From: Pseudomonadota bacterium
Lineage (GTDB): Bacteria > Pseudomonadota > Gammaproteobacteria > GCA-002705445 > GCA-002716945
Assembly: GCA_036140295.1 (NCBI GenBank)
Contig: JAYZYL010000007.1
Span: forward strand, 36,459-100,458
Direction of reading: 5' to 3'
Length of the DNA: 64,000 nt
Positions within the stretch are counted from its first letter, which is position 1; every line of letters starts with the position of its first letter. The notes under the pieces are model-generated. The model was not told the DNA's origin and ran no database searches. It worked only from the letters and a program-made list of their open reading frames with translations. Both the position numbers and the translations under genes were made by a program. Below, piece after piece: positions 19,099-29,128 of the stretch.

Positions 19099-20329
19099 AA
19101 TCGCGCTCATCAATATTAAACGCAGTAAGTCTACCATCTTTTGATAGTATTAAAAAACCTTTGTTTATTTTTATTATTCTAGTCTGATAATCAACTTCTC
19201 CCATAATTTTTTCATATTTCAATATATTTCCATTATTCTTATCAATGACTGAGGCAAAACCGCTTTCATTTATTACAATGATCTTTTTATCATATAAAAG
19301 AGGTTGAGTTAAAAACTTCCCTTCAATTAATTGTGTTTTCCAAAAGACTTTTCCATCATATTTTCCAATAGAGTATAAATAACCATCTGTAGATGATGTG
19401 TAAATATTTTTATCATCAACAGCAAGATTGGTAGTCACAGAAATGGGTTGTGACCACAATAAACTTCCTGACAATGAATCTACAGCTATTAAATTACCTT
19501 GATAAGAACCAACGTATATAACTCCAAAATCATTATATGGTGTCATTTCTACATCTCTAAGAGATTCAAGTTCAGTCCTTCCAGATTTTGGTGAAATAGA
19601 AACATACCAGTTTAGTTTTCCAGAATCTTGTGATAATGAAACAAGTGTTCCATCATCTCTTGCGACATAAACACTTTCAGAGTCTGTTGTCAACGAGCCG
19701 GATCCTCTTAGACTGAGCACAATATTTCTATTAATATTTTTCCAATTAATTGATCCAGTATTTAAATTTACCGAATATGTGTCTCCGTCATTGGTTTTGA
19801 AAAAAATATTATTGTCAGCACCTGTTACTGGATTCGAAACCTCACTATTAAGCTGTATATTCCACTTAGGTTTAATGACTTCTCCTTCATTAAGCAATGG
19901 GACCTCTATTAATTCAAAAAAGCTTTTAGAACTTTTTAGACGTTCAACATTATAGGCATATAATTTACCGTCAGCAGTTCCAAAAAAAATAATATCCTTA
20001 TAAAAAGTAATTCCAGATGTTACATCAAGATTTAAGTTTGTAGACCAATTCTTATCACCATTCATATAATTAATTGATGTAATGAGTCCATCAGAATCAA
20101 TGACATATGCATTATCATTTTTATCGAGAGATGTTTGTAGTACGGCACTATCAAAATCACTTCCATCACCCGAATCAATTGACCATAGAGTATCTATTAC
20201 AATATTCGTTGTTGATGTGACGTTTGGAGTAAACGGTTTACTGGTCTTTTTAAATAATTTTTCATAATATGCACAACTCGATATAGAGAAAATTAATATA
20301 ATAAGGAATAATCTTGTAAGATGCTTCAT
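19070..20329 (-). CDS. bamB: Outer membrane protein assembly factor BamB (lipoprotein, PQQ-like beta-propeller)
   Basis: 419-aa ORF with a lipobox (IFSISSC) and repeated beta-propeller blades. It has the conserved position between yfgM and der. Confidence 0.85.
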   Translation of the reverse strand: MKHLTRLFLIILIFSISSCAYYEKLFKKTSKPFTPNVTSTTNIVIDTLWSIDSGDGSDFDSAVLQTSLDKNDNAYVIDSDGLITSINYMNGDKNWSTNLNLDVTSGITFYKDIIFFGTADGKLYAYNVERLKSSKSFFELIEVPLLNEGEVIKPKWNIQLNSEVSNPVTGADNNIFFKTNDGDTYSVNLNTGSINWKNINRNIVLSLRGSGSLTTDSESVYVARDDGTLVSLSQDSGKLNWYVSISPKSGRTELESLRDVEMTPYNDFGVIYVGSYQGNLIAVDSLSGSLLWSQPISVTTNLAVDDKNIYTSSTDGYLYSIGKYDGKVFWKTQLIEGKFLTQPLLYDKKIIVINESGFASVIDKNNGNILKYEKIMGEVDYQTRIIKINKGFLILSKDGRLTAFNIDERDYEKFDFFSW

Positions 20330-20943
20330 TGAATTGTATTAAGTTTATTTTTAACAATTTTTAACTTATTCGGAGTTATATTAAGTTTTAATGCATGATT
20401 GTATGATTCTTTAGCTAGCTCTACATTACCTTTTTTGTAATAAATATCTCCCAATAGCTCAACAAGTATGTGATTTTTTTTCTGAGAATCAATTTTTTTG
20501 ATTAAAGCTAAAGCAAGATCTAGATCATTTTGAGATATCATAAGTCTTATTTTACGAATTTGTGCAATATTTTTAATATGTTCAGACGATGAGTTTGAAA
20601 TGACAAAATTAAGCTTATCAAATGCTTTATTAATATCTTTTTTATCTACGTATATTTTGACAGCATAAAGATTTATAAGGTTTGTATAAATATTCGAAGG
20701 GTATAGCTTTGAAAACTTCTTATCTTTATTCAACAGGTGCTCTTTATCACCATCATTATATTTCTTAATAGCAGCTTGATATTCATATGAAAGACTCAAA
20801 GTCAATTCGTCTTGATAACTATCATAATATTTATATGAAAAAACTAGAATTATTCCTGCAATTAAGCCAATTAGCATGCTTTTAAAATTTTCCTTAAACC
20901 AAGATAAGAGTTTTTCTTCTTCTTCTGTGTATTGATCGTTCAT
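20326..20943 (-). CDS. yfgM: YfgM-like TPR membrane protein (ancillary SecYEG translocon subunit family)
   Basis: 205-aa ORF with an N-terminal TM anchor (MLIGLIAGIILVF) followed by a TPR-like helical region. It has the conserved position between hisS and bamB. Confidence 0.7.
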   Translation of the reverse strand: MNDQYTEEEEKLLSWFKENFKSMLIGLIAGIILVFSYKYYDSYQDELTLSLSYEYQAAIKKYNDGDKEHLLNKDKKFSKLYPSNIYTNLINLYAVKIYVDKKDINKAFDKLNFVISNSSSEHIKNIAQIRKIRLMISQNDLDLALALIKKIDSQKKNHILVELLGDIYYKKGNVELAKESYNHALKLNITPNKLKIVKNKLNTIQ

Positions 20944-22226
20944 TTATTTATAATGTCTAGCTTCTTAAATAGTTCATCTTCACTAAGTATTTCTTGTTTT
21001 TGATTTTTTTCAAAATCCTTTAGAATATACTGCCCTGCATTAATTTCTTTATCATCATAAAATAAAATATATTTTGGATTAAATTTTTCGGCCTGCTTAA
21101 ATTGCTTATCCAATGTTGATGATGAATCAGTTGTGTAAAATGAAATATTTTTAAATTTATCACGTAACTTCTCTAATTGCATTAAACATGTATGGTTAGA
21201 ATTCTTACTATGATTGATAGCCACAACAGTACTATTGGCATCAAATGCACTTCTAGACTCTATTAATAATGATATGATTCTTTCAATCCCAGCTGCAAAA
21301 CCAATTGCAGGGACATTGACCTCTCCTATCTTCTCAACCAAATTATCATATCTTCCTCCTGCACAAATGGCATCCTGACTACCTAACGACTCATGTTTCC
21401 ATTCAAAAACCGTATCATTATAATAATCTAATCCTCTGACAATTGAATTGTCCACAATATAATTAATATTAGATTCATCTAATTTTTTTAATAAGTTTTC
21501 AAACCGCTGTTTAGACTTGTTTGATAATAAGCTAACTAAAGTTGGAAGCTTCTTTAATATTTCTTGAAGTTTTTTATCTTTAGTATCTAAAATTCTAATG
21601 GGGTTTTTGGTTAGAGTGTTTTGCTGATCTTCACTAAGTATACCTTTATGTTTTTCTAATAGAGATTTTATTTGATCTCCATAGTTTGCTCTTTCATTTT
21701 CATTTCCAATTGAGTTAATGTGGAGTTTTATATTTTTGAGTTGTAACTCCTTTTCAAATAAACGGTTCCCTAACATTATAATTTCTAAATCACTATTCGT
21801 ATCATCAAACCCAAAGTACTCTAACCCAAATTGCTGGAATTGTCTGAAACGACCTTTCTGTGGTCTTTCCCTCCTAAACATAGGGCCGGAATACCAAAAT
21901 TTTTGTCTTTTAATTCCTCTGTCAAAAATTAGGTTTTTTTCCAAAGCACATCTTACACATGTTGCAGTGCCTTCTGGTCTAAGACTAATTGATTCGCCAT
22001 TCTTATCTTCAAAGCTATACATCTCTTTATTGACAATCTCTGTCTCATTTCCAATTGATCTTTCAAAAAGTTCTGTCTTTTCTACAATTGGTGTTTTAAT
22101 TTCAGAAATTCCATATTGTTTTGTTATATTCAAAATTATATTTTCAAATTTTTGAAAATATTTGATTTCTGTTTCACTATATATGTCTTTAAAACCTCTA
22201 ATTGCTACGGTTATATTTTTTTTCAT
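20940..22226 (-). CDS. hisS: Histidine--tRNA ligase
   Basis: 428-aa ORF with class II aaRS motifs (MYSFEDKNGESISLRPEGTA, FRRERPQKGRFRQFQQFG, GGRYDNLV) and a C-terminal anticodon-binding domain. Confidence 0.94.
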   Translation of the reverse strand: MKKNITVAIRGFKDIYSETEIKYFQKFENIILNITKQYGISEIKTPIVEKTELFERSIGNETEIVNKEMYSFEDKNGESISLRPEGTATCVRCALEKNLIFDRGIKRQKFWYSGPMFRRERPQKGRFRQFQQFGLEYFGFDDTNSDLEIIMLGNRLFEKELQLKNIKLHINSIGNENERANYGDQIKSLLEKHKGILSEDQQNTLTKNPIRILDTKDKKLQEILKKLPTLVSLLSNKSKQRFENLLKKLDESNINYIVDNSIVRGLDYYNDTVFEWKHESLGSQDAICAGGRYDNLVEKIGEVNVPAIGFAAGIERIISLLIESRSAFDANSTVVAINHSKNSNHTCLMQLEKLRDKFKNISFYTTDSSSTLDKQFKQAEKFNPKYILFYDDKEINAGQYILKDFEKNQKQEILSEDELFKKLDIINK

Positions 22227-22242
22227 AATTTTGTAAGCCTAA

Positions 22243-22647
22243 TTACTCAAAAAAGAATTTAATTTCAATATCAGAATTTTCTACACTATCAGACCCATGA
22301 ACTGAGTTTCTTTCTTTACTTTCGGCATAAAGTTTTCTTATAGTTCCTTCATCTGCACTTTCTGGATCTGTTGATCCCATTAATTTTCTATACTTATTCA
22401 CAGCATCTTCTCCTTCAATTTTTAGAGCCATAATCTTATTGGATGTCATATAGTTAATAAGAGAGTTAAAGAATGGCTTTTCTTTGTGAACTTCATAAAA
22501 TATTTCTGCTTCTTGTTTTGTCAATTTAAGAATTTTTGCTTCTATAATTTTTAATTTATTTTTTTCTATTAATCCAATTATTAATCCAATTAGATTTCTT
22601 TCAATTGCGTCAGGTTTTATTATTGCGAGCGTTTGCTGTATTTCCAT
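22243..22647 (-). CDS. ndk: Nucleoside diphosphate kinase
   Basis: 134-aa ORF with TLAIIKPDA at the N-terminus and active-site context NSVHGSDS. Confidence 0.93.
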   Translation of the reverse strand: MEIQQTLAIIKPDAIERNLIGLIIGLIEKNKLKIIEAKILKLTKQEAEIFYEVHKEKPFFNSLINYMTSNKIMALKIEGEDAVNKYRKLMGSTDPESADEGTIRKLYAESKERNSVHGSDSVENSDIEIKFFFE

Positions 22648-22845
22648 TTATTTTTCCTCTATCCAAGTCATTTGAATTGCTTCCAATATTTTTTCGTTTG
22701 ATTTTTCTGGATCATCATCAAAATTATCTAACTCACATATCCATTTATGTAAATCAGTAAACCTAATACTTAATGGATCAATGTCAGGATATTTGTCATC
22801 AAGCTCAAGCGCTATTTCTAAACTATCTGTCCATTTTAAGCCCAT
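22648..22845 (-). CDS. iscX: Fe-S assembly protein IscX
   Basis: From Met18 of the track ORF the sequence reads [57 protein letters not shown]. This is close to E. coli IscX as I recall it. That start follows the fdx stop directly. Confidence 0.9.
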   Translation of the reverse strand: MGLKWTDSLEIALELDDKYPDIDPLSIRFTDLHKWICELDNFDDDPEKSNEKILEAIQMTWIEEK

Positions 22846-22846
22846 G

Positions 22847-23185
22847 TTAGCTGCCCTCCGACACCTGATTAATTGTATATTTTGGAATTTCAACAATCAA
22901 ATCTTTATTTTCAATGATTGCCTGGCAACTCAATCTTGATTGAGGTTTTAATCCCCATGCCTTATCTAGATAATCATCTTCATCATCAGTTGGAGGCTCC
23001 AAAGAATCATATCCTTCTTTAATGTAGACGTGGCATGTTGTGCAGGCACAAGATAAGTCGCATGCATGTTCCAACATGATTCCATTGTTTAATGCAGCCT
23101 TACAAATGCTTGTACCTGATGGTACCTCTATAGTTGCTCCATCTGGGCAGATGTCCTCATGGGGTAAAAATATTATCTTTGGCAT
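22847..23185 (-). CDS. fdx: ISC-type [2Fe-2S] ferredoxin
   Basis: 112-aa ORF with the Cys pattern [12 protein letters not shown]...C typical of adrenodoxin-type Fdx. It follows hscA. Confidence 0.93.
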   Translation of the reverse strand: MPKIIFLPHEDICPDGATIEVPSGTSICKAALNNGIMLEHACDLSCACTTCHVYIKEGYDSLEPPTDDEDDYLDKAWGLKPQSRLSCQAIIENKDLIVEIPKYTINQVSEGS

Positions 23186-23189
23186 AGCA

Positions 23190-24920
23190 CTAAATTATAT
23201 CATCAATACTTTTTCCTGTAATCAACGACTTAATACTTCGATTCATTCTTCTTTCAACATAAAATTCAGATTCTTTTTCTAACTCTTTAATTGCTAAAAT
23301 TATTGCGTCTGAATCATTGCTTTTAATTTTATCTTTTAATTTTTTCAGTGGTAAATTAACAGAATTAAACTCTTTTTTATTTAATAATTCATTACCATCT
23401 TTTTTAAGTGCTTCTGTCAGAGCATATATTACTCTTTCAGCCTCAACCCTACTTTCATTAAGCTTTCTTATATTCATATCTATTTCTGCTGATGCATTAG
23501 AATCCTCTATCATTTTTAATAACTCTTCTTCACTCATTCCATATGAAGGTTTTACTTCTATTTTTGCAGTGGTACCTGAAGTTTCTTCTTCTGCAGAAAC
23601 AGATAATAAGCCATCAACATCTATTTGAAATGCAACTCTAATTCTTGCTGCTCCCGCCACCATTGGAGGTATATCACTTAATATAAAAGTAGATAGTGAT
23701 TTACAGTCAGCTACAAGTTCTCTTTCACCCTGTATAACATGGATTAGCAGTTTTGTTTGTCCATCTTTAAAGGTTGTAAAGTTTTTTGCAGCAGATACTG
23801 GTATAGGAGTATTCCTTGATATAATTTTTTCTGACAATCCTCCATATATTTCTATTCCAAGAGATAATGGTAATACATCTAATAATAAAAGATCTTCCTT
23901 GTTATTCCCTGATAAGATATCTGCCTGTACTGCAGCTCCTTCAGCAACAACATAATCAGGATTAATATTGTCTAAAATTTTGCAATTAAATTTCTTTTCA
24001 AGAAATTCTCTTACTAAAGGAATTCTTGTAGATCCTCCGACTAGAATAATATTTTTAATTTCATTCAATTTTAAACCAGATCTTTTAATTGCTTCGCTAG
24101 TTATTTCAATTGTTTTATTAATTAAATTTCCTATTAAATTATTAAAATTTTTAGTAGAAATTTTTTCTGAATCTATATTTTCACTACACAAATTTTCTTT
24201 TATTCTTTTTGCTTCCTCTTTATTACATTTAAGATATTTCTTTAGTAAATTATCAATATCATCTCCTCCAAGAGCAGTGTCACCATCTGTTGAAAGAACC
24301 TTAAAAACTCCCTTGTTTAGATTTAAAACTGATACATCAAAAGTTCCTCCCCCAAAGTCATAAATAACAAAATTACCAGTTTTTTTTGAGTCTAAACCAT
24401 ATGCTATTGCTGCAGATGTTGGTTCATTTAAAAGACGAAGAACTTTTAATCCTGCCAGCTCTGCCGCCTTCTTAGTGGCCTGCCTTTGAACATCATTAAA
24501 ATATGCAGGAACTGTAATAACTGCACCATCAATTTCTCTTTTTTCATCTGTCTCTGCAATATTCTTAAGATTTTTCAATATCATTGCAGAAATTTGAATT
24601 GCACTAAATTTCTCTTTTTTGTTGAGCTCTATAACTGGCAATTTATCATCTGAAAAATCAAATACATATGGCAGGTCAGTGGCAATTTTGCTAACCTCGC
24701 TTGAAGTAAGACCCATGAGTCTCTTAATGGATTTTATAACTAAAGGTTTTTTATCATCTTGATTAATAGTGGCTATTGAAGGATAGAGAGATCCATAAAA
24801 TTTAATTTTCCCATTTCTTGAAGCTATTAAGGAGTTTGTAGTACCTAAATCTATTCCAACTACAAATTTTTTTGATTTACTTTCAGTTAGTTTAGGATCT
24901 GATATTTGCAGTAAACTCAT
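23190..24920 (-). CDS. hscA: Fe-S cluster assembly Hsp70-type chaperone HscA
   Basis: 576-aa ORF with Hsp70 motifs (GIDLGTTNS, DFGGGTFDVS, LVGGSTRIP). It sits in the isc operon after hscB. Confidence 0.93.
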   Translation of the reverse strand: MSLLQISDPKLTESKSKKFVVGIDLGTTNSLIASRNGKIKFYGSLYPSIATINQDDKKPLVIKSIKRLMGLTSSEVSKIATDLPYVFDFSDDKLPVIELNKKEKFSAIQISAMILKNLKNIAETDEKREIDGAVITVPAYFNDVQRQATKKAAELAGLKVLRLLNEPTSAAIAYGLDSKKTGNFVIYDFGGGTFDVSVLNLNKGVFKVLSTDGDTALGGDDIDNLLKKYLKCNKEEAKRIKENLCSENIDSEKISTKNFNNLIGNLINKTIEITSEAIKRSGLKLNEIKNIILVGGSTRIPLVREFLEKKFNCKILDNINPDYVVAEGAAVQADILSGNNKEDLLLLDVLPLSLGIEIYGGLSEKIISRNTPIPVSAAKNFTTFKDGQTKLLIHVIQGERELVADCKSLSTFILSDIPPMVAGAARIRVAFQIDVDGLLSVSAEEETSGTTAKIEVKPSYGMSEEELLKMIEDSNASAEIDMNIRKLNESRVEAERVIYALTEALKKDGNELLNKKEFNSVNLPLKKLKDKIKSNDSDAIILAIKELEKESEFYVERRMNRSIKSLITGKSIDDII

Positions 24921-25432
24921 TAATTCCCCAATAAGTTAGTTATTTCATTTATATGTCTTATATAAAATCTTAATTTAGATAAATTATTTGACATATTTTC
25001 AAAATCATTATTATTAAAAAATTTTTTAATATTCTCTATAGTATCTGAAACCTTCTTCGTTATATTTTTCTTATAAGAGTTTATTTCATTTTTATTTTTA
25101 TTTTTTATATCTTCGATAAACTCATTGTATTCAATTTGTTCTAGTAAAAACTTTTCATCTTTAAGTGTTATAGATTCATCTTGGCTAAAGTTATTAATTT
25201 TTAAAATATATTCGATTCTTTTAACTAAATCACCTAATGTTGTATAAGCATCATTTATATGTGACGATATTTGCATTGCCAGCCTTTTTTCGTGATTGGT
25301 TGCATTTACATACTTATCTGGATGAAATTTTTGCTGTAGGAAAGTATATTGATCGTTTAGAGATGATATACTAATTTCTATCCCTACTTTTATATTAAAT
25401 AAATCAAAGTAATTCTTCTTTAATATATCCAT
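24920..25432 (-). CDS. hscB: Fe-S cluster co-chaperone HscB (J-domain)
   Basis: 170-aa ORF with a J-domain and HPD motif (LQQKFHPDKY). It lies between iscA and hscA. Confidence 0.9.
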   Translation of the reverse strand: MDILKKNYFDLFNIKVGIEISISSLNDQYTFLQQKFHPDKYVNATNHEKRLAMQISSHINDAYTTLGDLVKRIEYILKINNFSQDESITLKDEKFLLEQIEYNEFIEDIKNKNKNEINSYKKNITKKVSDTIENIKKFFNNNDFENMSNNLSKLRFYIRHINEITNLLGN

Positions 25433-25755
25433 TAAACATTGAAACTTTCACCACATCCACATGTGTCTTTCACATTAGGATTTTTAAATTTAAAGCCTTC
25501 ATTAAGCCCTTCTTTTGCAAAATCTAGTTCAGTTCCTTTAAGGTATACATAGCTTTTTGGATTGATTATTAATTTAACACCGTTGTCATCAAAAACTAAG
25601 TCATCTTCTTCAATTTTATCAGCAAATTGAATTACATAGGCTAAACCGGAGCAGCCAGTGGTTTTAACTCCTAAACGAAGTCCTAATCCTTTACCACGGT
25701 TATTTATATGTTGTTGCACATGTTTCGCTGCAACTTGCGTAATTGTAATTGACAT
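25432..25755 (-). CDS. iscA: A-type Fe-S carrier IscA
   Basis: 107-aa ORF of the HesB/IscA family with Cys in TTGCSG and the C-terminal CGCGESF. Confidence 0.93.
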   Translation of the reverse strand: MSITITQVAAKHVQQHINNRGKGLGLRLGVKTTGCSGLAYVIQFADKIEEDDLVFDDNGVKLIINPKSYVYLKGTELDFAKEGLNEGFKFKNPNVKDTCGCGESFNV

Positions 25756-25756
25756 T

Positions 25757-27025
25757 TTAATGACTATCCCATTTGACTGACTTTAGGTCTATTCCATCCT
25801 TATACATTTCCCATAGTGGAGATAACTCTCTCAGCTTGTTTACATTTTTCCTAATAATTTCTAGAGCATATTCGATGTCTTCATCCGTTGTATATTTTCC
25901 TATGGTCATTCTGATTGAACTATGAGCAAGTTCATCATCTCTCCCTAAGGCTCTCAAAACATAGCTTGGCTCTAAGCTTGCAGAAGTACACGCAGATCCT
26001 GATGATACCGCCATATCCTTCATGGCCATTATTAAACTTTCCCCTTCAACAAAATTAAAACTTACATTTAAATTACCAGCTATACGTTGATCAAGATCTC
26101 CATTTAAATATATTTCTTCCATATCTTTTAGTCCATTCCAGAGTTTATTTCTTAGCGCCATAATTCTTTTATTGTCTTTGCTCATTTCTTCTTTTGCAAT
26201 CTTAAAAGCTTCTCCCATTCCAACAATTTGATGTGTAGATAGAGTACCTGATCGAAACCCTCTTTCATGTCCTCCTCCATGCATTTGTGCCTCCAATCTT
26301 ATTCTAGGTTTGCGTCTGATATAAAGTGCACCTATACCTTTAGGACCATAAACTTTATGTGCCGATAAGGACATTAAATCAATGTTAAATTTGTTTACAT
26401 CAATTTCAACTTTCCCAGGGCTTTGAGCAGCATCGACATGAAGCATTATTTTTCTTTCCCTGCAAATCTTTCCTATACTTTCTAAATCTTGAATAACTCC
26501 AATTTCATTGTTTACATGCATTATAGAAATCAATATAGTTGAAGGTTTAATTGCTTCAATTAGTTTTTTGTGATCTAAAAGTCCATCATTTTCTGGATCT
26601 AGATAAGTAACCTCAAATCCTTCTGATTCAAGAAACCTCATTGTATCAAGCACCGCTTTATGCTCAGTTGATAATGTAATAAGGTGATTTCCTTTTTCCT
26701 TATAGAAGTGGGCAGCACCTTTAATTGCTAAATTATCTGATTCTGTTGCCCCACTTGTCCAAATAATTTCTCTTTTATCTGCATTAATTAAATTAGCTAC
26801 ATTTTGCCTTGCTTCTTCAACAAGCTTCTCACTATTCCATCCAAATAAATGAGAGCGTGAAGCTGGATTGCCAAATGACCCGTCAATAGTTAGGCACTCA
26901 GACATTTTCTTTGCAACGCGTGGATCAACAGGTGTAGTTGCTGAATAATCAAGGTATATAGGGATATTTAAAACATTCTTTTTATTGGGCAAGCTTGTTG
27001 TCATAATTTTGTTCCCTCTTATCAA
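25757..27025 (-). CDS. iscS: Cysteine desulfurase IscS
   Basis: [17 protein letters not shown], the PLP-Lys context [12 protein letters not shown], the active-site loop [21 protein letters not shown], and the C-terminal SPLWEMYK. The start is either 27025 or Met8 at 27004, and either one overlaps the iscR 3' end. Confidence 0.95.
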   Translation of the reverse strand: MIRGNKIMTTSLPNKKNVLNIPIYLDYSATTPVDPRVAKKMSECLTIDGSFGNPASRSHLFGWNSEKLVEEARQNVANLINADKREIIWTSGATESDNLAIKGAAHFYKEKGNHLITLSTEHKAVLDTMRFLESEGFEVTYLDPENDGLLDHKKLIEAIKPSTILISIMHVNNEIGVIQDLESIGKICRERKIMLHVDAAQSPGKVEIDVNKFNIDLMSLSAHKVYGPKGIGALYIRRKPRIRLEAQMHGGGHERGFRSGTLSTHQIVGMGEAFKIAKEEMSKDNKRIMALRNKLWNGLKDMEEIYLNGDLDQRIAGNLNVSFNFVEGESLIMAMKDMAVSSGSACTSASLEPSYVLRALGRDDELAHSSIRMTIGKYTTDEDIEYALEIIRKNVNKLRELSPLWEMYKDGIDLKSVKWDSH

Positions 27026-27440
27026 TAATATATTTTACGCTAAATCCGCGAAGTGTGTCATGAAGTGATATTTTTTTCATATGGTCATTAATTTTTTCTG
27101 TTAAGTCAGTCCAGATAAAGTGAGTGAGGCATGGTCTATCATTACTACAATTCATCTCTCCGCCACATTCAGTTTGATCCATGTTTTCATCTACCGCTGT
27201 AATAATTTCAAATAGATTAATTTTTGATGCCCCTCTTCCCAAAGTATAACCTCCTCCTGGTCCACGGACACTTTTTACTAATGAGGCGTTCTTTAATTTA
27301 GAAAATAACTGCTCCAAATATGAAAGGGAAATACCTTGTCTTTTTGAAATATCACGCAATGAAACTGGAAAATTATTCTCATTCAACGCAATATCAATCA
27401 TTGCTGTAATCGCATATCTGCCTTTAGTAGTAAGTTTCAT
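26982..27440 (-). CDS. iscR: Rrf2-family [2Fe-2S] transcription regulator IscR
   Basis: 152-aa ORF beginning [19 protein letters not shown], with [14 protein letters not shown] wHTH. Three Cys occur at the spacing of the E. coli IscR cluster ligands ([13 protein letters not shown]). Confidence 0.93.
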   Translation of the reverse strand: MKLTTKGRYAITAMIDIALNENNFPVSLRDISKRQGISLSYLEQLFSKLKNASLVKSVRGPGGGYTLGRGASKINLFEIITAVDENMDQTECGGEMNCSNDRPCLTHFIWTDLTEKINDHMKKISLHDTLRGFSVKYIIDKREQNYDNKLAQ

Positions 27441-27442
27441 AT

Positions 27443-27488
27443 ATACCTCAGGACAATTATCTTATACCTGAGTAATATTATCAATTAT
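27443..27488 (-). promoter_or_regulatory. Candidate IscR autoregulatory operator (type-1-like site plus a degenerate upstream copy)
   Basis: ATACCTGAGTAATATTATCAATTAT at 27464-27488 matches ATASYYGACTRWWWYAGTCRRSTAT (consensus recalled from memory) at 21 of 25 positions by hand count. A weaker copy lies at 27443-27467. TATACCT(C/G)AG 10-mers repeat 21 nt apart. Confidence 0.35.
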
Positions 27489-28198
27489 TATTTTATTTTT
27501 TTATTTATGGAAGAAATAATACCTAACAAAATATTTATCTCATTACTGTCAAGCCTAGCTTTATTGAAAAGTATATGAATTTTCCTAGTTAAGGATTTAA
27601 TGTTTTTTTGTGTAATAAACTTTGTTTTTGTAAGTAAATTAAAAAATTGTTCAAAGAAATAATTCTTTTCCTTTGTTGTTGCTAACTTATCTAATTTATT
27701 AACTGATTTTGATCCACTAATAGATTTCTTAAAGAGCTCATATGCAAATATCTGTACGGCAGCTGATAAATTTAATGATTTATAGTCTCTAAAAGTTGGA
27801 ATTAAAACTAAATAATTGCACATCAATAATTCAGTATTTGATAACCCTGATTGCTCATTTCCAAAAAGGGCTGAAATTTTTTTGTTTTTATTTTTGAGTA
27901 TTAAGTCAGTACATTCATCTATTGATAATATAGGGAAATTAGCTTTTCGTTTTCTTGAAGTAAAACCAATATTAATTTGTGAAGATTTTAAGGCATTAGA
28001 AAGTTTATTTGTTACTTTTGCATTTTTAAGTATATCTTTGCAACCAACTGCTAATGAATTTGATTCATCTGAAGGGAATTTTTTTGGATTAACAAGGACT
28101 AAATTTGTTAAGCCCATAACTTTCATGGCTCTTGCAGTAGAGCCAATATTGCCTGGGTGGGAGGTTTCTACTAGAATAATATTTATATTTTGTAACAC
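27488..28198 (-). CDS. trmJ: tRNA (cytidine/uridine-2'-O-)-methyltransferase TrmJ (SpoU/TrmH class)
   Basis: 236-aa ORF with VLVETSHPGNIGSTARAMKVMG at the N-terminus and SPOUT motifs (FGNEQSGL, LNLSAAVQI). It lies upstream of iscR as in E. coli. Confidence 0.88.
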   Translation of the reverse strand: MLQNINIILVETSHPGNIGSTARAMKVMGLTNLVLVNPKKFPSDESNSLAVGCKDILKNAKVTNKLSNALKSSQINIGFTSRKRKANFPILSIDECTDLILKNKNKKISALFGNEQSGLSNTELLMCNYLVLIPTFRDYKSLNLSAAVQIFAYELFKKSISGSKSVNKLDKLATTKEKNYFFEQFFNLLTKTKFITQKNIKSLTRKIHILFNKARLDSNEINILLGIISSINKKIK

Positions 28199-28234
28199 AA
28201 TTTGACCACAGTTGAGGCATAAAGGTTTATTTAA

Positions 28235-29128
28235 TCAGTTATCTTTAGAATTTACTCCTAAGAAATATAAACTAGTACTTGCAATAAAAATTGATGAATA
28301 TGTTCCAACAAGAACACCAATAATCATTGCTATTGAGAAAAATTTGACTGCAATTCCCCCAATTAGTAATAAAGAAAATAGCACAAATAATGTTGTTAAA
28401 GATGTAATGATTGTTCTTGATAAAGTTTGATTAATAGAAAGATTTAAAACATCTAAAAAACTTTTTTTACGAGTTAAGTTCATATTTTCTCGTATTCGAT
28501 CATACACAACAATAGTATCATTCAATGAATAGCCGATGACAGCCAAAATTGCTGCCAAAACACTTAAGTCAAATTGTAATTGTGTAATAGAGAAAAATCC
28601 TAAAGTTAAGATTACATCATGAAGTAGTGCAAAAATTGCTCCAATGCCATATAAAAATTCAAACCGGAAGCCAATATATACTAAGATACTTAATAGAGCA
28701 ACTAACATAGCCCATTCTCCCTTTTCTCTCAATTCTGAACCTACTTGTGAACCAACATATTCTAGTCGTAAAATTTTAAAATCCTTTCCTTCAGACAAAG
28801 ATTTCTTTAAAAATGTATTTACAGAGGTTTGATCAAATTCCTGATTGTCCTTTAATTTAAGTATAACTTCTTGTTTGTTTCCATAATACTGAATGACAGA
28901 GTCCTTGATTCCCGTTTTCATTAAAGATTTCTTTAGTTCTTGAATTTCAATATCATCTTCATATTTTAATTGAGCTATATAGCCGCTAGAAAAATCAATT
29001 CCCCAATTTAGGCCTTTAGTAGAAAAACTTAATATACACACAATAATCAAAAAACTAGAAAAGACAATTGCTAACTTTCTAAATTCAAGAAAATTAAAAT
29101 TAGTATTTTTTTTAATAATTGAAAACAT
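28235..29128 (-). CDS. secF: Protein translocase subunit SecF
   Basis: 297-aa ORF with six predicted TM segments and GYSLNDTIVVYDRIREN. It follows secD with a 1-nt overlap. Confidence 0.93.
   Translation of the reverse strand: MFSIIKKNTNFNFLEFRKLAIVFSSFLIIVCILSFSTKGLNWGIDFSSGYIAQLKYEDDIEIQELKKSLMKTGIKDSVIQYYGNKQEVILKLKDNQEFDQTSVNTFLKKSLSEGKDFKILRLEYVGSQVGSELREKGEWAMLVALLSILVYIGFRFEFLYGIGAIFALLHDVILTLGFFSITQLQFDLSVLAAILAVIGYSLNDTIVVYDRIRENMNLTRKKSFLDVLNLSINQTLSRTIITSLTTLFVLFSLLLIGGIAVKFFSIAMIIGVLVGTYSSIFIASTSLYFLGVNSKDN

Noticed and set aside
19099-19137. The track ORF extends der by 13 N-terminal codons. A similar 17-codon extension of iscX occurs at 22846-22896.
   Set aside because: Homologue N-termini (MKNLISLVGRTNVGKS for Der, MGLKWTD for IscX) begin at internal Met codons. 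The extensions overlap the upstream genes and look like read-through of the open frame.
21718-22155. A 145-aa + strand ORF lies antisense to hisS.
   Set aside because: It lies fully within the conserved hisS coding sequence. Its translation is low-complexity and hydrophobic with no motif, so it is a chance antisense frame.
23968-24363. A 131-aa + strand ORF lies antisense to hscA. Smaller antisense ORFs occur at 23040-23282 and 23317-23628.
   Set aside because: These lie inside strongly supported fdx and hscA genes and have no independent signals.
27816-28430. A 129-aa ORF and a 72-aa + strand ORF lie antisense to trmJ and secF.
   Set aside because: They lie within well-supported genes and have no domain signature or RBS.
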